Under the pieces are notes generated by a model. That model was given only the letters and a program-made list of their open reading frames with translations, had not been told where the DNA came from and ran no database searches. A DNA stretch of 64,000 nt from Escherichia coli (GTDB taxonomy: Bacteria > Pseudomonadota > Gammaproteobacteria > Enterobacterales > Enterobacteriaceae), in the NCBI RefSeq assembly GCF_013122565.1, contig NZ_CP053258.1, one strand, 5' to 3'. This document shows positions 58,081 through 64,000 of this stretch, in pieces (position 1 is the first letter of the stretch; every line of letters begins with the position of its first letter). A program made the position numbers and the translations under genes.

Positions 58081-58097
58081 GGCAAGATTTACGCCAG
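58081..58097 (-). promoter_or_regulatory. candidate sigma54 -24/-12 promoter upstream of xdhABC
   Basis: minus-strand sequence cTGGCgtaaatcTTGCc with GG-N10-GC spacing, about 95 nt upstream of the xdhA ATG; sigma54 activator gene ygeV is adjacent. Confidence 0.35.
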
Positions 58098-58441
58098 AAA
58101 CGACGATAAGCGTTAAGGGAGGAAGGAAGTGTGATGATGTTAAAAAAAACACAGATATGATACGAAACAGGACCCTGAATAGGGGCAGTGATACGTATCA
58201 ATATGAGTGGCGATAAAATCAATGTGATAAATTGGGATTATTACGCATCAGGATGGGAAATAGGGTAAATGAGTCAGGAAATTCGATACCTCTACAGTGA
58301 ATATTTTGCTGATGATACTTCCCTTTGCCAAATGAAATTAATCTCTTTCTCTATTACTGCGTTTTTCCAGAAGCAAGAGATTGGGTATCAAGAGGCTGGC
58401 TGCTATGATATGGCGTCTTGTTTTTTAAGCGAGGAAAGATT

Positions 58442-59194
58442 TTGAGTGCGGGACGCCTGAATAAAAAATCTCTGGGTATCGTGATGTTGTTATCGGTTGG
58501 ACTGCTTTTGGCGGGCTGTTCGGGTAGCAAATCATCCGATACAGGAACGTATTCCGGCTCCGTTTACACCGTGAAACGGGGGGATACTCTATATCGTATT
58601 TCGCGCACCACGGGAACCAGCGTAAAAGAGCTGGCGCGACTGAACGGCATTTCCCCCCCTTACACCATTGAAGTTGGTCAGAAACTAAAACTGGGTGGGG
58701 CGAAAAGTAGCAGTACACGTAAATCAACCGCCAAATCAACGACCAAAACCGCATCTGTTACACCGTCATCAGCGGTACCGAAATCTTCCTGGCCGCCAGT
58801 AGGGCAACGTTGTTGGTTATGGCCAACGACAGGGAAAGTTATCATGCCGTATTCGACAGCTGATGGCGGCAATAAAGGGATTGATATCTCAGCACCACGG
58901 GGTACACCTATTTACGCCGCGGGTGCAGGAAAGGTGGTGTATGTAGGCAATCAGCTGCGTGGCTACGGTAATCTCATCATGATTAAACACAGTGAAGATT
59001 ATATTACGGCTTACGCACATAATGACACGATGCTGGTTAATAATGGGCAAAGCGTGAAGGCTGGGCAAAAAATCGCCACTATGGGGAGCACTGATGCGGC
59101 ATCTGTTCGCCTGCATTTCCAGATTCGTTACCGTGCAACGGCAATTGATCCGCTACGTTACTTGCCGCCTCAGGGCAGCAAGCCAAAATGCTGA
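58442..59194 (+). CDS. ygeR: LysM-domain / M23-peptidase-family lipoprotein
   Basis: lipobox LLLAGC, LysM (YTVKRGDTLYRISR) and M23 LytM-like C-terminus; start uncertain (TTG at 58442 with RBS gagga, TTG at 58418, or ATG at 58484). Confidence 0.8.
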   Translation: MSAGRLNKKSLGIVMLLSVGLLLAGCSGSKSSDTGTYSGSVYTVKRGDTLYRISRTTGTSVKELARLNGISPPYTIEVGQKLKLGGAKSSSTRKSTAKSTTKTASVTPSSAVPKSSWPPVGQRCWLWPTTGKVIMPYSTADGGNKGIDISAPRGTPIYAAGAGKVVYVGNQLRGYGNLIMIKHSEDYITAYAHNDTMLVNNGQSVKAGQKIATMGSTDAASVRLHFQIRYRATAIDPLRYLPPQGSKPKC

Positions 59195-59272
59195 TGGCGA
59201 ATTAATCAGCAGTCAGCAGCGCGGCACTTGCTAAGGAGAGCGTAAGGTTTATAATGCCTTACGCATCTCGAA

Positions 59273-59346
59273 GCGGGCGTAGTTCAATGGTAGAACGAGA
59301 GCTTCCCAAGCTCTATACGAGGGTTCGATTCCCTTCGCCCGCTCCA
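59273..59346 (+). tRNA. glyU: tRNA-Gly (anticodon CCC)
   Basis: 74 nt cloverleaf GCGGGCGUAGUUCAAUGGUAGAACGAGAGCUUCCCAAGCUCUAUACGAGGGUUCGAUUCCCUUCGCCCGCUCCA; encoded CCA. Confidence 0.95.
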
Positions 59347-59579
59347 ATTTATCTTCACCTCATCAACCTGCCATTTTTGTTGTATCTGATTTTCTATATT
59401 ATCTTAATTCAATCGGTTCAGACTTTTCGCAATCGCCGTAATACTTCCCCATTTTTTTGTAAATAAAAAGCGATTACGCAATGCAATCCTTTTGTAACAA
59501 TCCAGGTAAAATACCTTATTTTCAAGTTGTTAAATAAGTGGTTATCTACGCTTTTAACAAACGATTGATGGAATATTTT

Positions 59580-61190
59580 ATGAAAGGGAAATCTGCATTA
59601 ACTCTTCTGCTCGCTGGTATATTTTCATGCGGCACCTGCCAGGCGACAGGGGCAGAAGTGACGAGTGAATCTGTATTTAACATTCTTAATTCCACGGGGG
59701 CAGCAACAGATAAAAGTTATTTATCGTTAAATCCAGATAAGTATCCTAATTATCGTCTTCTGATTCACTCAGCCAAATTAAAAAATGAAATAAAGAGCCA
59801 CTATTCCAAAGACGAAATTCAAGGATTGTTAACATTAACAGAAAATACACGAAAGTTAACGTTGACGGAGAAACCCTGGGGAACATTTATTCTTGCTTCT
59901 ACTTTCGAAGATGACAAAACAGCGGCAGAAACCCACTATGATGCTGTCTGGCTGAGGGATAGTTTATGGGGCTATATGGCCTTAGTATCAGATCAGGGAA
60001 ATAGTGTAGCCGCAAAAAAGGTTCTGCTCACCCTGTGGGATTATATGTCTACGCCCGACCAGATTAAGCGGATGCAGGACGTCATTAGCAACCCAAAACG
60101 ACTGGATGGAATTCCTGGGCAAATGAATGCTGTGCATATCCGATTTGACAGCAACTCCCCCGTGATGGCGGATGTGCAGGAAGAAGGCAAGCCGCAGCTG
60201 TGGAACCATAAACAAAATGATGCGTTAGGTCTTTATCTTGATCTCCTTATACAAGCAATCGACACTGGTACTATTAACGCTGAAGATTGGCAAAAAGGTG
60301 ACCGATTAAAATCGGTTGCGCTGCTGATTGCTTATCTGGATAAAGCCAATTTCTATGTTATGGAAGATTCCGGAGCGTGGGAAGAAGATGCCAGATTAAA
60401 CACATCTTCCGTTGCACTGGTGACCTCTGGACTGGAACGTTTGTCGAACTTACTCTCGAAGAAAGACTCTGTTTTTGTCTCTGATTTACTACGTGAAGCT
60501 AAAGCCAATGAACTGGATGAACCTCTTTCAACAACGAGGTTGAACCACCTCATAGATAAAGGTTATGAAAGAATAACGTTACAGCTTGATTTAGGGGGAG
60601 AATCCCCAGGTTATCTGGAAAAAGATAAACATTACAGAGAAGCCGATGCGGCTTTACTTAATGTTATTTATCCTGCAAATCTTTCAAAGATAAACACCAG
60701 AAGAAAAGAGCAAGTTCTAAAAATAGTTAAAAAACTAGCAGGTCCGTATGGTATAAAAAGATACGAGAAGGATAATTATCAGTCGGCAAATTTTTGGTTC
60801 AATGATATTAAAACCGATACCGATCAAAATTCGCATGCAAAAAGAGAAAAGAGCTTCATTCCATCAACAGAAGCAGAATGGTTTTTTGACTCATGGTATG
60901 CAAAATCAGCAGCAATTGTTTATAAAGAATCAAGAAAAGAAGAGTATTTGAATGACTCAGTGCAATTTATGAATAGATCATTGGCCCAAATAACAGGCGA
61001 GAATATGATTGGTGCAAATGGCAGGAGTGTACCTGAAATGGCACTTCCCGAAAGCTATAACTATATCCACAAGTCGGGAACTTTGCATGAAGCGCCAAGC
61101 CCTATCATTCCGCTAAATTGGTCGAAAGCATCAATGACTCTCATGTTGAAAGAGATGTCCAACCTTATCAATGATGAGGGAAATAAATAG
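59580..61190 (+). CDS. secreted glycoside hydrolase family 15-like protein (glucoamylase / glucodextranase fold)
   Basis: signal peptide MKGKSALTLLLAGIFSCGTCQA; GH15-type motifs WLRDS and EDSGAWEED; start uncertain (GTG 59538, ATG 59568 or ATG 59580). Confidence 0.7.
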   Translation: MKGKSALTLLLAGIFSCGTCQATGAEVTSESVFNILNSTGAATDKSYLSLNPDKYPNYRLLIHSAKLKNEIKSHYSKDEIQGLLTLTENTRKLTLTEKPWGTFILASTFEDDKTAAETHYDAVWLRDSLWGYMALVSDQGNSVAAKKVLLTLWDYMSTPDQIKRMQDVISNPKRLDGIPGQMNAVHIRFDSNSPVMADVQEEGKPQLWNHKQNDALGLYLDLLIQAIDTGTINAEDWQKGDRLKSVALLIAYLDKANFYVMEDSGAWEEDARLNTSSVALVTSGLERLSNLLSKKDSVFVSDLLREAKANELDEPLSTTRLNHLIDKGYERITLQLDLGGESPGYLEKDKHYREADAALLNVIYPANLSKINTRRKEQVLKIVKKLAGPYGIKRYEKDNYQSANFWFNDIKTDTDQNSHAKREKSFIPSTEAEWFFDSWYAKSAAIVYKESRKEEYLNDSVQFMNRSLAQITGENMIGANGRSVPEMALPESYNYIHKSGTLHEAPSPIIPLNWSKASMTLMLKEMSNLINDEGNK

Positions 61191-61256
61191 TTTTCATAAT
61201 GAGGCGGTCCTGGATTAAAAGGACCGCTCAAAGAGAAATCGAAAGGGGAGGTAAAA

Positions 61257-61436
61257 GTGATCAATAAATTACTGTTAGCTTACCTGATAGGTCTGGTTGT
61301 GACATCGACTTTAATATTTATCTTCTCGGAAGAAAAAGTAACATATCGGTTGTTTGCTGCAATAATTACAGGTTTAACCTGGCCGCTTAGTCTCATTCCT
61401 TCCATTATAAGTCTCATGATTCGTAAATCCGACTAA
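61257..61436 (+). CDS. hypothetical small membrane protein (59 aa, two predicted TM helices)
   Basis: GTG start with strong RBS aaggggagg 5 nt upstream; two hydrophobic stretches (LLLAYLIGLVVTSTLIFIF, LFAAIITGLTWPLSLIPSIISLMI); absent from the ORF track because of the non-ATG start. Confidence 0.4.
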   Translation: MINKLLLAYLIGLVVTSTLIFIFSEEKVTYRLFAAIITGLTWPLSLIPSIISLMIRKSD

Positions 61437-61781
61437 CAAGAAAATTATATGATCGATTAAGAAAAATAGAATCGAACAGGAGAATAAAATATATGCGGGG
61501 AGTAACAAAACACTCGCAGTGCGTTAATGAAGAACTAACAAATATGATTTGTATTGAAAATAGTTACCAAACAAGTGTTATAAGAAATACGAGGTGTGTT
61601 TAAGTAAAGCATATCAACAGTTACAAATCTGTATATGGACAGGATGACGTACAAGTGTAAGTGGCTGATAGCTATTCGCTCATAACAAAATCATTATTTT
61701 ATAAATAGGAATCATCACTTTTTAATCATGTTTTTATAGCAATTTTATGGAGAATGAGAATATGGAATAAGGAGATGAAAC

Positions 61782-62531
61782 ATGATTGAAGAAGGGCTGT
61801 TACTTCCAATGAATGTTTTGCTTCAAGGACAGAAGTTAACCCTACTGGACCCTGAAATGTGGTTCTTACGGGGAAATGAAAACAAGGATGTAACCCTTGT
61901 TATTACGATCGGTAATAACCATCAAAAATTAATGGTAGTGGAAGATATATTACTGCTCATTGACCGAAGCCAAATTGAGGTAACGGCAGGGAAAGTAATT
62001 TATCATCCACTTCGCATTGATATCCTGAGTAAATTATTAGCTTTTATAGATGAATCAACGGGGAGTGTGGAAAGGGAGCACCATGAGTTGTTTGCTGATG
62101 CCTTGCCCTTTGCATCAGAAGTTGTGCTATTCAGTAAAGTTGCTAGTGAAGCCTGGTTTTTAGCCACTTATCTGAGCAGCGATAATATTAATGAAGTTCT
62201 GTTTCAGCATCTAAGAAAAACAGAATGCTATAAACTGGTTCGCTATTTATTATCGCAATCGCTTATACAGACTTCACTCTATGATCTTGGAGAGCTTTAC
62301 GGCGTATCGTATTCACATTTTCGCCGTTTATGTAGTTATGCATTGGGTGGTAAAGTTAAAACGGAATTATGTGGCTGGAGAGTTGCCAGAGCCGTGTTGG
62401 AAATCATTGAAGGAAACAGTGATATGACAACTATTGCGCATAAATATGGCTACTCTTCCTCATCACACTTTTCAGCCGAAGTAAAAAGCCGGTTAGGAAA
62501 AACACCGAGAGAACTATGTAAAAAGCTATGA
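61782..62531 (+). CDS. eivF: AraC-family transcriptional activator, InvF-like (ETT2 type III secretion regulator)
   Basis: 249 aa; C-terminal AraC HTH (GVSYSHFRRLCSYALGGKVKTEL...YGYSSSSHFS) closely parallels Salmonella InvF; RBS aaggag. Confidence 0.8.
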   Translation: MIEEGLLLPMNVLLQGQKLTLLDPEMWFLRGNENKDVTLVITIGNNHQKLMVVEDILLLIDRSQIEVTAGKVIYHPLRIDILSKLLAFIDESTGSVEREHHELFADALPFASEVVLFSKVASEAWFLATYLSSDNINEVLFQHLRKTECYKLVRYLLSQSLIQTSLYDLGELYGVSYSHFRRLCSYALGGKVKTELCGWRVARAVLEIIEGNSDMTTIAHKYGYSSSSHFSAEVKSRLGKTPRELCKKL

Positions 62532-64000
62532 AAATAAAAATACGCATTACTATTATATTAATTTCAGTCTTATGCATTTTTAATGGATTATCGACTCCTG
62601 GTGCATATGCCGCAGCAGCGAATGGATACGTAGCAAATAAAGAAAATCTACGTAGTTTTTTTGAAACGGTTTCATCATATGCGGGTAAGCCTACAATAGT
62701 TAGTAAGCTTGCCATGAAGAAACAGATCAGCGGAAATTTTGATTTAACAGAACCCTATGCCTTGATTGAACGCCTGTCGGCACAGATGGGGCTTATTTGG
62801 TATGATGATGGCAAAGCTATTTATATCTATGACTCATCAGAGATGCGTAATGCATTGATTAATCTGAGAAAGGTATCGACGAATGAGTTTAATAATTTCT
62901 TAAAAAAATCGGGTCTGTATAACTCTCGTTATGAAATTAAAGGGGGCGGCAATGGTACTTTCTATGTATCGGGGCCACCGGTTTATGTTGACCTGGTCGT
63001 TAATGCTGCGAAATTAATGGAGCAAAACAGCGATGGCATTGAGATCGGTCGAAATAAAGTAGGAATAATTCATCTGGTCAACACATTCGTTAATGACCGG
63101 ACTTATGAGTTACGTGGCGAAAAGATAGTTATTCCTGGCATGGCAAAAGTACTATCGACGTTGTTAAATAATAACATTAAGCAAAGCACAGGGGTGAACG
63201 TACTTTCTGAAATTTCAAGTCGTCAACAACTAAAAAACGTATCACGTATGCCTCCTTTTCCTGGGGCTGAAGAAGATGATGACCTACAAGTAGAGAAAAT
63301 AATATCGACAGCAGGAGCGCCAGAGACTGACGATATACAAATTATTGCATATCCTGATACCAACAGTTTACTTGTTAAAGGAACAGTATCTCAGGTTGAT
63401 TTTATCGAGAAGTTAGTAGCTACGCTTGATATTCCAAAGCGACACATTGAATTATCTTTATGGATAATAGATATTGATAAGACTGATCTAGAACAGCTAG
63501 GTGCTGACTGGTCGGGCACGATAAAAATTGGATCCAGCTTAAGTGCATCATTTAATAATTCAGGTTCAATTAGTACCCTTGATGGGACACAGTTTATTGC
63601 AACAATACAGGCACTTGCACAAAAAAGAAGAGCCGCCGTTGTTGCTCGTCCCGTCGTTTTAACACAGGAGAATATTCCTGCTATATTTGATAATAACCGC
63701 ACTTTCTATACTAAATTAGTCGGCGAGCGTACTGCGGAATTGGATGAAGTAACCTATGGTACGATGATTAGCGTGCTACCACGATTTGCTGCGCGAAATC
63801 AAATTGAATTACTCTTGAATATTGAAGATGGAAATGAAATCAATTCCGACAAGACCAATGTTGATGATCTGCCTCAGGTTGGTAGAACACTTATAAGTAC
63901 TATTGCACGCGTGCCCCAAGGGAAAAGTCTTTTGATTGGGGGATATACACGCGATACGAATACCTATGAAAGTCGCAAGATCCCAATATTAGGCAGCATT
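62528..64000 (+). CDS. eivG: type III secretion system secretin, InvG/YscC family; 3' end beyond the window
   Basis: open frame from the ATG at 62528 to the window end, hand-translated; signal peptide, then near-colinear similarity to InvG (FYVSGPPVYVD, IIAYPDTNSLLVKGT, RPVVLTQENIPAIFDNNRTFYTKL, GRTLISTIARVPQGKSLLIGGYTRD). Confidence 0.85.
   Translation, partial: MKIKIRITIILISVLCIFNGLSTPGAYAAAANGYVANKENLRSFFETVSSYAGKPTIVSKLAMKKQISGNFDLTEPYALIERLSAQMGLIWYDDGKAIYIYDSSEMRNALINLRKVSTNEFNNFLKKSGLYNSRYEIKGGGNGTFYVSGPPVYVDLVVNAAKLMEQNSDGIEIGRNKVGIIHLVNTFVNDRTYELRGEKIVIPGMAKVLSTLLNNNIKQSTGVNVLSEISSRQQLKNVSRMPPFPGAEEDDDLQVEKIISTAGAPETDDIQIIAYPDTNSLLVKGTVSQVDFIEKLVATLDIPKRHIELSLWIIDIDKTDLEQLGADWSGTIKIGSSLSASFNNSGSISTLDGTQFIATIQALAQKRRAAVVARPVVLTQENIPAIFDNNRTFYTKLVGERTAELDEVTYGTMISVLPRFAARNQIELLLNIEDGNEINSDKTNVDDLPQVGRTLISTIARVPQGKSLLIGGYTRDTNTYESRKIPILGSI

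Noticed and set aside
58100-58140. Tiny ORF gtgatgatgttaaaaaaaacacagatatga after a gggaggaagg RBS-like sequence in the xdhA-ygeR spacer
   Set aside because: Only 9 codons; no further support.

Overview
This 64 kb window reads as one contiguous Escherichia coli-type chromosomal segment (the serA-gcv-recJ-lysS-xdh region, about 65 min on the K-12 map), in the opposite orientation to the K-12 convention. It runs from the 3' end of rpiA to the first genes of the ETT2 type III secretion island next to tRNA-Gly (glyU). All gene identifications are from my reading of the translated ORFs and recalled protein families; no database search was run. The order is rpiA', serA, a tandemly duplicated sib/ibs toxin-antitoxin module, ygfA-ssrS-zapA, ygfB-pepP-ubiH-ubiI, gcvTHP, bglA, yqfB, yqfA, ygfZ, sdhE-ygfX, fldB, xerD-dsbC-recJ-prfB-lysS, idi, uacT, then a roughly 31 kb purine / molybdenum-hydroxylase cluster (ygfT through xdhABC), ygeR, glyU, and the ETT2 edge (a GH15-like gene, a small membrane ORF, eivF, partial eivG). 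I did not find a clearly novel, undescribed system. The stretches most worth a second look are the ETT2 junction at glyU, the functionally unresolved molybdenum-hydroxylase cluster with its orphan sigma54 activator YgeV, and the duplicated sib/ibs locus. No CRISPR array, IS element or integrase was seen. Gene starts were trimmed from the ORF track using RBS position and remembered protein N-termini, so they carry a few codons of uncertainty.
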